57,973 nt of DNA from Candidatus Sericytochromatia bacterium (GTDB lineage: Bacteria > Cyanobacteriota > Sericytochromatia > S15B-MN24 > UBA4093), in contig JAKFBU010000025.1 in assembly GCA_036676985.1 (NCBI GenBank), positions 1 through 57,973 on the forward strand, read 5' to 3'. Shown here in pieces: positions 18,154-27,560 of this stretch (position 1 is the first letter of the stretch; the number at the start of each line of letters is the position of its first letter). The notes beneath the pieces were generated by a model that saw nothing but the letters and a program-made list of their open reading frames with translations, ran no database searches and was not told the DNA's origin. The position numbers were made by a program, and so were the translations under genes.

Positions 18154-20541
18154 ATGCACGTCTCGCTCGGCGGCAAGGGGCTGATCGTCCTCGCCATGGG
18201 CGTCCTCGCCTTCCTGGTGGGGACGGTCGCCAGGCTTCCCCTGCTCAACCTGTGCGGGTACTTCCTGCTCGCGACCTTGGCCACGGCGACCGTCATCGCC
18301 TTTCTGGAGTTGCGCGGCGTTCGCCTGCAGGTCGCCATCGGTGCTCGCCCCGAGCCGGACGGCGCGGTGGGCGTGTGGGTGCGCCTCCTGTGCGATCGCA
18401 AGGCGGGTCCCTTCGGCCTGTCGGTCACGACCGCCCGAAGCTGGGGGAGCGATCGCCTGGTGATGGCCCCGGAGCCTGCTGGCTACCGGATCGGCCTCGA
18501 CCTGGACCCGTCGGAGGCCCCCTCCCACGTGCGGATCCGGCTCAGGTCCTTCCCGCTCGGCCTCGTCTCGGTGGGACGCGTGGTCCGTGCCGAGCTCCCC
18601 GCGTCCGAACCCCGTCCGGACGATCTCGCCCCGGCGCCCGTCCTGGGGCACGTGGGGTTGGAGCCCTTCGGAGGGCTGCGCGAGCACCGGCCCGGCGAGG
18701 GCATTCGCGACGTACACTGGACGGCGAGCGCGCGCATCGGCCGCCTGGTCGTACGGCTGCGCGAGCCCGAACAGGAGCCCCGGCCGCGCCCGAGGCCCAG
18801 CGAGCCTTCGAAGCCGCCGCAGCCGCCGGAGCGGCGCATGCTCCTGCACGTGGCGACCTGCGCGGCGTCCCAGTGCGCGATCCTCTTCACCTGGGCGCTC
18901 GGCGCCCTGTCCTGGCCTCTCGCCCTCGTGGCCACCTTAGTGCACGTGGCGGGTGCGGTCGTGAGCGGCCGCCGGTCGGGAAGGCCGGACTGGCCCCTGC
19001 TGATCGCCTTGTACGCCGGGGTGCTCGGCACCCTGGTGTGGTTCCTCATGTCCCTCCGGCGAGGTGTCGCGCCGCCCATGGCGATTCTCCTGGTCGGCAT
19101 CATCTCGGTCTTCGCCTGGGACATGCGCAACCGGCAGTATCTCCGGGCCCAGCAGCTCAACGCCTTCCTGGTCCTGGCCGTGACGCCGGTGCTCAACCCC
19201 GGCAAGGACACGCCCTTCATCGGCGCCGCCTTCCTGGGGGCGACCCTGGCGCTCTTGTTGGCGAGCTGGGCGGACGGGCGCCATGAGATGGGGGCCCGGG
19301 CCGTGACCGTGCGGGACCTCAAGGACCTGCCCTCGGCCTGGCTGCCCATCGGTGTGCTGAGCGCCCTCTCGCTCTTGGTGCATCCTTTCCTGCCGCCCCT
19401 GCCACTGCCCCCGTTGCCGACCTTCGGGTACACGCCGGTCGCCAACCAGATGACGCGAGAGGGCGCCTCGCGCCTGCCGGGCGAGGGCGGGATCGTCTCC
19501 CTCAACGCCCGGTGGCCCGATTCGGACGACCCCGTGCTGCGGCTGTACGAGGGGGATCCCATGCGCCTCAGGACCGAGGTCTTCGGGATCTACCGAGACG
19601 GCGCCTGGTACCGGGCCGAGCGCGGGGAGGCTGCGTGGCCGCGGGCCAAGAGCGACACCACGGTCCGCGTGATGCTCATGGTGCGGGGTATCAAGACCTT
19701 ACCCCTGCCCGAGTCGGCCCTTGGCGTCCAGGGCCCGGCCGTGCGTCGCACCCTCTACGCGGGTCAGGTACTCGAGGCCGAGCGTGCCGTCTGGAGGGGC
19801 TTTACCTACCGCGTGTGGTTGCCTGAGGAAAAGGTCTACGATCGGGTGATGCCGACCCGGGTGGAGGCAAGTACCCTCGGCTTGCCCACGGAGCTCGGGC
19901 CCCTGGCGCGGCGGTTTTCTCAGGGGGCCAAGACGCCCCGGGAGACGATGGAACGGTTGTCCCAGGCCCTGCAGCGCGAGGCCCAGTACGACCTCAACGC
20001 TCCGCAAGCCCCGACGGGGGTTGACCCCACGGTGCACTTCCTCACGGCGAGCCGGCGCGGTTTCTGCATGCACTTCGCCACGGCGCTCGCGCTCATGGGC
20101 CGCGAACTCGGCGTGCCGACCCGGCTCGTGGCCGGCTACAACCCGGGCAAGCGTCAGCTGCGCTACACCCTGGTCGAGGCGGGGGATGCGCATGCGTGGG
20201 TGGAGGCCTACGTTGACGGCCGCTGGGAGCCCTTCGACCCGACGCCGGTTGGCGTCATGGCGCGCGATCGCTGGGCCTGGCCCCGCATGTGGGGCCTCGT
20301 CGCGTTGGCGATTGCCCTGGCGGTCCTGGCCTGGTGGCGCCGCCCGCGCATCCCGCGCGTCACCGTCGAGTTCCGGCGTGCGCTCAGGCGCCTGGAAAGG
20401 CGTGGAGTGGCGGTGTCCGAGACCACGAGCCCCCGCGAGGTGCTCGAGAGAGCCCGGGAAAAGCTGGAGCCTGGAGAGCTCGAGTCCTTAGGGCAGTTGA
20501 TCGGGCGCTACGAGGCCGAGCGCTTTGGAGAGAAGGCCTAG
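18154..20541 (+). CDS. DUF58-like domain fused to TgpA-like membrane transglutaminase domain
   Basis: GLREHRPGEGIRDVHWTASAR (DUF58); TM block; GFCMHFA, HAWVE, FDPTP triad. Confidence 0.85.
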   Translation: MHVSLGGKGLIVLAMGVLAFLVGTVARLPLLNLCGYFLLATLATATVIAFLELRGVRLQVAIGARPEPDGAVGVWVRLLCDRKAGPFGLSVTTARSWGSDRLVMAPEPAGYRIGLDLDPSEAPSHVRIRLRSFPLGLVSVGRVVRAELPASEPRPDDLAPAPVLGHVGLEPFGGLREHRPGEGIRDVHWTASARIGRLVVRLREPEQEPRPRPRPSEPSKPPQPPERRMLLHVATCAASQCAILFTWALGALSWPLALVATLVHVAGAVVSGRRSGRPDWPLLIALYAGVLGTLVWFLMSLRRGVAPPMAILLVGIISVFAWDMRNRQYLRAQQLNAFLVLAVTPVLNPGKDTPFIGAAFLGATLALLLASWADGRHEMGARAVTVRDLKDLPSAWLPIGVLSALSLLVHPFLPPLPLPPLPTFGYTPVANQMTREGASRLPGEGGIVSLNARWPDSDDPVLRLYEGDPMRLRTEVFGIYRDGAWYRAERGEAAWPRAKSDTTVRVMLMVRGIKTLPLPESALGVQGPAVRRTLYAGQVLEAERAVWRGFTYRVWLPEEKVYDRVMPTRVEASTLGLPTELGPLARRFSQGAKTPRETMERLSQALQREAQYDLNAPQAPTGVDPTVHFLTASRRGFCMHFATALALMGRELGVPTRLVAGYNPGKRQLRYTLVEAGDAHAWVEAYVDGRWEPFDPTPVGVMARDRWAWPRMWGLVALAIALAVLAWWRRPRIPRVTVEFRRALRRLERRGVAVSETTSPREVLERAREKLEPGELESLGQLIGRYEAERFGEKA

Positions 20542-20963
20542 GGCTTGGACACCACCGCCAGGGTGCAGCGCGAGATGCAGACGAGCTTCTCGGTCTCGTC
20601 CACGATCCGCACCTCCCAGACCTGGGTGCTGCGACCCACGTGCAGGGGCAGGGCCTCGGCCATCACCACGCCGTCACGCCGGGCGCGGATGTGGTTGGCG
20701 TTGATCTCCAGGCCCACGGCCATGTGATCGTCCGAGCAATTAAGGTTGGCGCCGATGCTCGCGACCGTCTCGGCGAGCGCCACCGACGCCCCGCCGTGCA
20801 GCAGGCCGTAGGGCTGGTGGACCTTGGAGGTGACGGGCATACGGGCGCGCACCCGGAAGGCCGTCATCTCCACCACTTCGATGCCGAGCGTCTCCATCAG
20901 GGTGCCGACGGCCCCTTGCTGCATTTTCCGGTAGTTCTCTTGCACGGGTTTCTCGTTTCTCAT
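20538..20963 (-). CDS. hotdog-fold thioesterase (MenI/YdiI-like)
   Basis: HQPYGLLHGGASVALAET, GLEINANH. Confidence 0.9.
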   Translation of the reverse strand: MRNEKPVQENYRKMQQGAVGTLMETLGIEVVEMTAFRVRARMPVTSKVHQPYGLLHGGASVALAETVASIGANLNCSDDHMAVGLEINANHIRARRDGVVMAEALPLHVGRSTQVWEVRIVDETEKLVCISRCTLAVVSKP

Positions 20964-21056
20964 GGCCCGCAGCGCGGGCTGGGGCGCGCTTGGGAGGGAT
21001 GCTCGTAGGCTATAATAGACCCCGGTGCGCATTTTCGAAACAGAGAGGGACGATTC

Positions 21057-22538
21057 GTGGCTTATCCCCGCGGTAGCGGCATCCTGTTCCACCTTACCTC
21101 GTTGCCCGGCCCCCATGGCATCGGCGACCTGGGTCGGGAGGCCCATCGGTTCGCCGACTTCCTGGCTATCGGCGGTCAGAAATACTGGCAGCTCTTGCCC
21201 CTGGGGCACACGGGCTATGGCGACTCGCCGTACGCGGCCTTCTCGGCCTTTGCCGGCAATCCGCTGCTCATCAGCCTCGAGACTTTCGTCGAGGAGGGCT
21301 GGTTCCCGGCCGAGGAGCTGCACGATCACCCGCGGTTCCCGGGCCACGAGGTCGATTACGGGGCCGTCATCCCCTGGAAGATGGGCATGCTCCGCAAGGC
21401 GTTCGCCCACTTCGAGGCCCGCCATCCCGAGTGGCCCGCCGACATGCTGCAGTTCTGCTACATGTCGGCCGACTGGCTCGAGGACTATGCCTTGTTCATG
21501 GCCCTCAAGGACCATCACCAGGGCGAGCCATGGGACAAGTGGGAGCCGGGCGCCCGTCACCGCGATCCGAGGGCGCTCGCGCGTTACGCGCACGAGCTCG
21601 CGGCGGATGTTCGCTTCTACCGCTTCCTCCAGTTCCAGTTCTTCCGGCAGTACACGGCCCTCAAGCAGCACGTGAACCAGAACGGCATCGCCGTGGTCGG
21701 CGACATGCCCATCTTCGTCGCCTACGACAGCGCCGACACCTGGGCCCACCAGGGGCTCTTCCTGCTGAACCAGGGTCGACCGGTGGTCGTGGCGGGCGTG
21801 CCGCCCGACTACTTCAGCAAGACCGGCCAGCTCTGGGGTAACCCCCTGTACAACTGGGAAGCCATGGCGCACCGGGGCTTCGACTGGTGGGTCGCGCGCA
21901 TGCGCATGGCCCTCGCCATGTTCGACATCGTGCGGATCGACCACTTCCGCGGCTTCGCAGCGTGCTGGGCCATCCCCTACGGCGACCAGGACGCGACCCG
22001 CGGCTGGTGGATGAAGGCTCCCGGCCACCAGCTCTTCGAGACGCTTCAGGCGCACCTGGGCCGGCTGCCCATCATGGCCGAGGACCTGGGCGTCATCACG
22101 CCAGACGTGGAGCGCCTGCGCGATCGCTTCGGCTTCCCGGGCATGAAGGTGCTGCAGTTCGCCTTCGGCTCGGACCGCGCCAACCCGTATTTGCCCGAGA
22201 ACCACACGGTGAACAGCGTGGTCTACACTGGCACGCACGACAACGACACGACCTTGGGCTGGTACAGCCAGGCCACCCGCAAGGAGCGCACGACTTTGCG
22301 GCGCTACACGGGCACCGACCACAGCCGGGTCGCGTTGGACTTGATGCGCGTGGCCATGGCCTCGCCGGCCTCGATGGCCATCACGCCCTTGCAGGACCTC
22401 CTGGAGCTCGGGACCGAGGCCCGGATGAACACGCCGGGCGTGAAGGGCGGGAACTGGAAGTGGCGAGTCGCGCGTGAGCACGTGAACGAGGGATTGGCCT
22501 CGGGCCTGCGGGCGTTCACGCGGGAGTTCCAGCGGTAG
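21057..22538 (+). CDS. malQ: 4-alpha-glucanotransferase (GH77)
   Basis: GDMPIFVAYDSAD, GQLWGNPLY, RIDHFRGF, AEDLG, YTGTHDNDT. Confidence 0.96.
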   Translation: MAYPRGSGILFHLTSLPGPHGIGDLGREAHRFADFLAIGGQKYWQLLPLGHTGYGDSPYAAFSAFAGNPLLISLETFVEEGWFPAEELHDHPRFPGHEVDYGAVIPWKMGMLRKAFAHFEARHPEWPADMLQFCYMSADWLEDYALFMALKDHHQGEPWDKWEPGARHRDPRALARYAHELAADVRFYRFLQFQFFRQYTALKQHVNQNGIAVVGDMPIFVAYDSADTWAHQGLFLLNQGRPVVVAGVPPDYFSKTGQLWGNPLYNWEAMAHRGFDWWVARMRMALAMFDIVRIDHFRGFAACWAIPYGDQDATRGWWMKAPGHQLFETLQAHLGRLPIMAEDLGVITPDVERLRDRFGFPGMKVLQFAFGSDRANPYLPENHTVNSVVYTGTHDNDTTLGWYSQATRKERTTLRRYTGTDHSRVALDLMRVAMASPASMAITPLQDLLELGTEARMNTPGVKGGNWKWRVAREHVNEGLASGLRAFTREFQR

Positions 22539-22583
22539 GTCGTCGTGTTCACGCCGGAGACCCGGCTGCCAGGATGGCCGGCT

Positions 22584-22612
22584 CTGGACCCCCGCTTTCG
22601 CGGGGGTGACGG
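22584..22612 (-). repeat. family A palindromic repeat
   Basis: CTGGACCCCCGCTTTCGCGGGGGTGACGG. Confidence 0.8.
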
Positions 22613-22653
22613 ATACCTAACTGCCGCAAGCAAATTCAATCATCGGTAGGCAA

Positions 22654-22693
22654 AAACGGTAGCGGGGGCCCATTCGGGCCCCCGCTACCGTTT
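22654..22693 (-). terminator. intrinsic terminator after the BMC gene (possibly bidirectional)
   Basis: AAACGGTAGCGGGGGCCC-ATTC-GGGCCCCCGCTACCGTTT with a T-tract on the minus strand. Confidence 0.8.
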
Positions 22694-22704
22694 CAATGGC
22701 GCGA

Positions 22705-23331
22705 TTAGCGGCCGGCGTTGACCTTGCCGGAAAGGGATTCGATGGCGCGGACGGCGGCCTTGGCGCCCTCCTCGATGTTCGCCTCGTCGCCCGCCAGGTA
22801 GACGCGGCCGAAGGCACCGAAGGCGCGCACCTCGAGCACGTTGACGTCCGCCGCCTTCTCGGCCTCGTTGGCCGCCAAGAGCGCGTAGCCCGCCGGATGG
22901 ACCTCCAGCACGAACAGCGTCTCGCCCTTCTTGATCATCTCACCGTGCCGCATGCGGTTGATGAGCATGGTCTGGTGGGCATCGGTGCCGGTGATGGTCG
23001 TCGCCGAGACGATCTTGGGCTTGATGCGGTCGTCTTCCGTCAGGCCCATGCGGTCGAGGATGGCCTCGCCCGCCGCCCGGACCTCGTACTGCTCGTCATG
23101 GTGCGCCTCGAGCACGCCGAAGTCGCGCTCGACGATGAGCATGCCGGGCTTGACCTTGGTGGCCTTGAGCGCCGCGTCGGTGATCAGGTTGATCTCGATG
23201 CCCGGGTTGATCTCGACGAACACGGACGCCTGGCCCTCGACGGGGAGGAAGCCCTGGGACACCGTGCCCATGAAGGCCGCCACCTGGGGCTGAAGGGTAT
23301 CGAGGTAGACGAAGGTACGGAGATCGGCCAT
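22705..23331 (-). CDS. tandem-domain bacterial microcompartment shell protein (BMC-T, CcmP/CsoS1D-like)
   Basis: LRTFVYLDTLQPQ.AAF.G...GFLP, VERDFGVLE.H, AANEAEKAA, GAFGRVYLAG. Confidence 0.88.
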   Translation of the reverse strand: MADLRTFVYLDTLQPQVAAFMGTVSQGFLPVEGQASVFVEINPGIEINLITDAALKATKVKPGMLIVERDFGVLEAHHDEQYEVRAAGEAILDRMGLTEDDRIKPKIVSATTITGTDAHQTMLINRMRHGEMIKKGETLFVLEVHPAGYALLAANEAEKAADVNVLEVRAFGAFGRVYLAGDEANIEEGAKAAVRAIESLSGKVNAGR

Positions 23332-23346
23332 CGGGTCCTCCTAAAT

Positions 23347-23697
23347 TCAGGAAAGCAGCGCGTCGAGTTGCTGGGTATCCATCCCGACCACCAACCGATC
23401 GCCGATGCGGAAGGAGGGACGGCGCACGAGGTAGGGTTCTTCGGCCATCAAACGGATCATCTCATCGTTCGAGAGGGACTTGCCCTCGAGACCCATGGCC
23501 TTGTAACGAGGGCTCTTGGTCGAGAAGAGGTCGGCGGCCGGGCGATCGCCCAGCACCTGCTTCAGCTCCTGGAGCGTCAGAGGCTGCTTGAAAAGGTCCC
23601 GCTCCTGGATGTCCACGCCCTTTTGCGAAAGGTACCCCTTCGCCTTGGTGCAGGTACTTCAGCCCTTCTTGGTAAAGAGCGTGACGGCTTGAGCCAT
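23347..23697 (-). CDS. ArsC/Spx-family thioredoxin-fold selenoprotein (UxxC), 116 aa
   Basis: GGAGG RBS; ATG GCT CAA...AAG GGC TGA AGT ACC TGC gives MAQAVTLFTKKGUSTCTKAK in frame with the ArsC body (EPYLVRRP). Confidence 0.85.
23625..23643 (-). promoter_or_regulatory. bacterial SECIS-like hairpin
   Basis: GCGAAGGG-GUA-CCUUUCGC starting 15 nt after the UGA; G-initiated apical loop. Confidence 0.65.
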
Positions 23698-23777
23698 GAA
23701 ATCCTCCGAAGAGTCCGTAAGAAGCGGAACGTGGGTCTATGATACCGCACGGAGCGAGCGGATGATAGGGGATCGGC

Positions 23778-24845
23778 CTAGCGGGACCCCGAAATCAGCG
23801 CCGCGATCTGACGGGCTGCCTGTCCCTCGCCGAACTCGCCCAGCCGGCGCGCGCTCGTGGGCCGCTCGGAGAGCGCGCGCGCGAGGGCCGCAGGGTCCGC
23901 ACCGACGAGCACGTTCCAGCCGCCCGCGAGCGTCTCGTCCCACTCGGTCTCGTCGCGCAGGGTCCGGCAGGGCACGCCCAGGAAATAGGCCTCCTTCTGG
24001 ACGCCGCCCGAGTCCGTGAGGACGGCGGCCGCGTTGGCCTCCAGCATGAGCATGTCCAGGTAGCCGACGGGCGGGACGATGCGCAGGTTCGGGTGCGCGA
24101 GGACCGAGTCGAGCCGCTGCTCCTCGAGCCGCTTGCGGGTCCGCGGGTGCAGGGGCAGCACCACGGGCTTGTCGAGCGTCGGGAAGGCCCCGAAGATGGC
24201 CGCGAGGCGCGCGGGGTCGTCCGTGTTCTCCGCCCGGTGCACGGTGGCCAGGTAGTATCCGCCCGGCGCGAGGCCGAGCTCCGCGAGCATGCCCACCCGC
24301 TCCTGGGCGCGGGGCCGGAAGTGCAGGGTGGCATCGTACATGACGTCGCCCACCCGGTGGACGCCTGAGGTGATGCCCTCGGCGGCGAGGTGGCGGACCG
24401 CCGTCTCGGTGGGCGCGAAGAGCAGCGTCGCGGCGTGGTCCGTGAGGACCCGGTTCACCTCTTCCGGCATCCGGCGGTTGAAGCTGCGCAGCCCCGCCTC
24501 CACGTGCGCGATGGGGATGTGGAGCTTGGTGGCGGCCAGCGCCCCGGCCAACGTCGAGTTGGTGTCGCCGTAGACGAGCACCCAGTCGGGCTGTTCCGCC
24601 ATGAGGACGCGCTCGATCTCGGTGAGCATGGCGCCCGTCATGGCTCCGTGCAGGCCGCCGCCGATGCCCAGGTGGTATTCGGGCTTGGGGATGCCCAGCT
24701 CCTCGAAGAAGACGTCCGACATGTTGGCGTCGAAGTGCTGGCCGGTGTGGACCAGCACTTCCTGCGCGACCTGGCGTAGCTCGTGGCTGACCGGAGCCGC
24801 CTTGATGAACTGGGGGCGGGCTCCGACGACCGTGACGACCTTCAT
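23778..24845 (-). CDS. wecB: non-hydrolysing UDP-sugar 2-epimerase (WecB/WbpI-like)
   Basis: GARPQFIK, HTGQH, GDTNST, HVEAGLRS, TDSGGVQKEA. Confidence 0.93.
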   Translation of the reverse strand: MKVVTVVGARPQFIKAAPVSHELRQVAQEVLVHTGQHFDANMSDVFFEELGIPKPEYHLGIGGGLHGAMTGAMLTEIERVLMAEQPDWVLVYGDTNSTLAGALAATKLHIPIAHVEAGLRSFNRRMPEEVNRVLTDHAATLLFAPTETAVRHLAAEGITSGVHRVGDVMYDATLHFRPRAQERVGMLAELGLAPGGYYLATVHRAENTDDPARLAAIFGAFPTLDKPVVLPLHPRTRKRLEEQRLDSVLAHPNLRIVPPVGYLDMLMLEANAAAVLTDSGGVQKEAYFLGVPCRTLRDETEWDETLAGGWNVLVGADPAALARALSERPTSARRLGEFGEGQAARQIAALISGSR

Positions 24846-25967
24846 CTAGACGCTCGCCACCCCGGCGACCGCCTTGGCGAGGGCGGAGACGACCTCGCGC
24901 TGCTGCGCCTCGGTGAGCTCGGGGAAGATGGGCAGGGACAGGACCTCGGCGGCGGCTCGATCCGAGACCGGGAAGTCGCCCTTCTTGTGGCCCATGTAGG
25001 CGTGGACCTCCTGCTGGTCCAGGGGAATGGGGTAGTAGACCATCGTCTGGACGCCGAGCTCGGCCAGGGCCTTCTGGACGCGATCGCGCTCCTTCACCCG
25101 GATGGTGTACTGGTGGTAGACGGGCACGGTGCCCTCCAGCTCGTCCGGCGTGACGACGCCCGGGATGCGGGCCTCGGCGATGAGGGCGTTGTAGCGCTTG
25201 GCGACCTGGCGGCGGGCCTCGTTCCACTGGTCCAGGTGCGGCAGCTTGACCCTGAGGACCGCGGCCTGGAGCTCGTCGAGCCGCGAGTTCACGCCGAGCT
25301 CCGTGTGGTGGTACTTGATGGCGCCGCCGTGGGCGCGCAGCATGCGGGCGCGGTCGGCGATCGCCGGGTCGTTGGAGACGAGCGCCCCGCCGTCGCCGTA
25401 GCAGCCGAGATTCTTGGACGGGAAGAAGCTGAAGCAGCCGACGTGGCCGATGGTGCCCGTCTTCTTACCCCGGTAGGTCGAGCCGATGGACTGGGCGCAG
25501 TCCTCGATGACGGACAGCCCGTGCTTTTCAGCGATCTCCGTGATCGCGGCCATGTCCACGGGCTGGCCGTACAGGTGGACGGGCATGATCGCCTTGGTCT
25601 TGGGCGTGATGGCCGCCTCGACGAGCGCGGGGTCCATGTTGTAGGTGACGGGATCGATGTCCACGAACACGGGCGTCGCGCCCACGATGCCGATGGCCTC
25701 GGTGGTCGCCACGAAGGTGAAGGGCACGGTGATGACCTCGTCGCCCGCCCCGATCTTGAGGGCCCGCAGAGCCAGGTGCAGGGCGTCGGTGCCCGAGTTC
25801 ATGCCGACGGCCTGGGCCACGTCGAGGTAGCTCGCGAGCTCCTTCTCGAACGCCTTCACGTTCGGACCGTTGATGTACTGGCCGCTGCGGACCGCCACGA
25901 GGATGGCCTCGTCCATTTGGGCCTGGAGGGACTCGTACTGGGGCTTGAGGTCGAGAATGGGGATCAT
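24846..25967 (-). CDS. DegT/DnrJ family aminotransferase (WbpE-like)
   Basis: NSGTDAL, PVHLYGQ, EDCAQ, FSFFPSKNLG, NSRLDELQAA. Confidence 0.93.
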   Translation of the reverse strand: MIPILDLKPQYESLQAQMDEAILVAVRSGQYINGPNVKAFEKELASYLDVAQAVGMNSGTDALHLALRALKIGAGDEVITVPFTFVATTEAIGIVGATPVFVDIDPVTYNMDPALVEAAITPKTKAIMPVHLYGQPVDMAAITEIAEKHGLSVIEDCAQSIGSTYRGKKTGTIGHVGCFSFFPSKNLGCYGDGGALVSNDPAIADRARMLRAHGGAIKYHHTELGVNSRLDELQAAVLRVKLPHLDQWNEARRQVAKRYNALIAEARIPGVVTPDELEGTVPVYHQYTIRVKERDRVQKALAELGVQTMVYYPIPLDQQEVHAYMGHKKGDFPVSDRAAAEVLSLPIFPELTEAQQREVVSALAKAVAGVASV

Positions 25968-25969
25968 GG

Positions 25970-26560
25970 TTACTTCCTCGTCACCGACTGGTCGCCGGTC
26001 TTCTCGTAGTGCTTGCCGCATTCGGAACAGGTGGCCGCGTTGCCCGAGAACGCGAGCTTGACGCCGCACTCGCAGGCCCAGCCCTTGATGCGGGCGGGGT
26101 TGCCGTAGACCATGGCATAGGGGGGCACGTCCTTGGTCACCACCGAGCCCGCGCCCACGAAGGCGTACTCGCCGAGCGTGTGGCCACAGACGATGGTGGC
26201 GTTGGCGCCGATGGTGGCGCCCTTCTTGACCAGGGTCTTGGCATAGTCCTTCTCGGGGTCGTTGCGGCGCACGTGCGAGCGGGGAGTCGTCACGTTGGTG
26301 AAGACCATGGAGGGCCCGCAGAACACGTCGTCCTCCAGGATCACGCCGGTGTAGACCGAGACGTTGTTCTGGATCTTGACGTTGTGGCCGATGGTCACGC
26401 CCGGGCTGATGACGACGTTCTGGCCGATGTTGCAGCGCTCGCCGATGACGCAGTCCTTCATGACGTGGCTGAAGTGCCAGATCTTGGAGCCCGCGCCGAT
26501 GGTGCAGGGCTCGTCGACGTACGAGCTCTCGTGGACGAAGTAGGGCTGGTTCGTGCTCAT
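25970..26560 (-). CDS. hexapeptide N-acetyltransferase (WbpD-like)
   Basis: [26 protein letters not shown]-terminal Zn knuckle. Confidence 0.92.
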   Translation of the reverse strand: MSTNQPYFVHESSYVDEPCTIGAGSKIWHFSHVMKDCVIGERCNIGQNVVISPGVTIGHNVKIQNNVSVYTGVILEDDVFCGPSMVFTNVTTPRSHVRRNDPEKDYAKTLVKKGATIGANATIVCGHTLGEYAFVGAGSVVTKDVPPYAMVYGNPARIKGWACECGVKLAFSGNAATCSECGKHYEKTGDQSVTRK

Positions 26561-26567
26561 GGGGGTC

Positions 26568-27560
26568 CTATCCAACGATGGCGGGGGATTGCAGCTTGTG
26601 TTGGGCGGCCTCGAGCACGCGCAGCACGCGCGCGCCGCTCCAGCCGTCGCTCTTGGGGCGGCGGCGCGAGGCGACGCACGACAGGAAGTGCGCGAGCTCG
26701 CGGGCCATGGGCTCGCCAGGCGGGACGTCGATGACGCGCTCGTCGCCCCGGCGCAGCAGCCAGGAGTCCTCGACGCGATCGAACCCGCGATCGTAGACCA
26801 AGAGCTTGTGGTCGGGCCGCGAGTCCTCGAAGACGGCCATGGCCCTGGTGCCGATCACCGTCAGCTGGTGCAACTTGACGGGCTCGAGCCAGCTCACGTG
26901 GATGTGCGCCGTGACGCCGTCCGCGAAGCCCAGGTCCATGTGGACCGTGTCGGGGATGCCCGGCTGGAGCACGGTGGTGCCAAAGGCCTCCACCCGTTTG
27001 GGCTCATGGGGGGCCACAAGGCCGAGCACCAGGCTCACGTCGTGGGGCGCGAAGCTCCACATGACGTTCTCCTCGTGGCGCAGCTTGCCCAGCGACAGGC
27101 GCGAGCTGCGCACGTGCTTGATGGTGCCGAGCTCCCCGTCGCGTGCGAGCTTGAGCAGGCACTCGTAGGCCGGATGGTACTCGAGGATGTGCCCCACCAT
27201 GAGGACGCGCTCCAGGCGGTCGGCCTCGGCGGCGAGTTCCTCGGCCTCGGCGGCCGTGAGCGCCAGCGGCTTCTCCACGAAGACGTCCTTGCCGGCGCGC
27301 ATGGCTTCCAGGGCGAGCCGGTGGTGGGTGCTCGCGGGCGTGGCGATGACGACTGCGTCGATTGACGGGTCCGCGAAGACCTCGCCCGCGTCGAGGGTGA
27401 CGGGGACGTCGGGGTGGCTCTGCGAGAGCTTGGCGAGCGTCACGGGGTCGCGATCGCAGATCATGGCGAGCGCCCCCAGGCGCTCGGTGTTGCGGACGAG
27501 GTTGGGGCCCCAGTAGCCGCCTCCGATGCAGGCGACGCGAGGCGGGTTAGAGGAGGACAA
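26568..27560 (-). CDS. Gfo/Idh/MocA oxidoreductase (WbpB-like)
   Basis: [21 protein letters not shown]. Confidence 0.9.
   Translation of the reverse strand: MSSSNPPRVACIGGGYWGPNLVRNTERLGALAMICDRDPVTLAKLSQSHPDVPVTLDAGEVFADPSIDAVVIATPASTHHRLALEAMRAGKDVFVEKPLALTAAEAEELAAEADRLERVLMVGHILEYHPAYECLLKLARDGELGTIKHVRSSRLSLGKLRHEENVMWSFAPHDVSLVLGLVAPHEPKRVEAFGTTVLQPGIPDTVHMDLGFADGVTAHIHVSWLEPVKLHQLTVIGTRAMAVFEDSRPDHKLLVYDRGFDRVEDSWLLRRGDERVIDVPPGEPMARELAHFLSCVASRRRPKSDGWSGARVLRVLEAAQHKLQSPAIVG

Noticed and set aside
22705-23331. Carboxysome locus
   Set aside because: No RuBisCO, carbonic anhydrase or other ccm/cso genes nearby
23347-23697. Pseudogene reading of the ArsC-like gene
   Set aside because: The stop falls exactly on the catalytic Cys codon, a SECIS-like stem follows and the rest of the frame is intact
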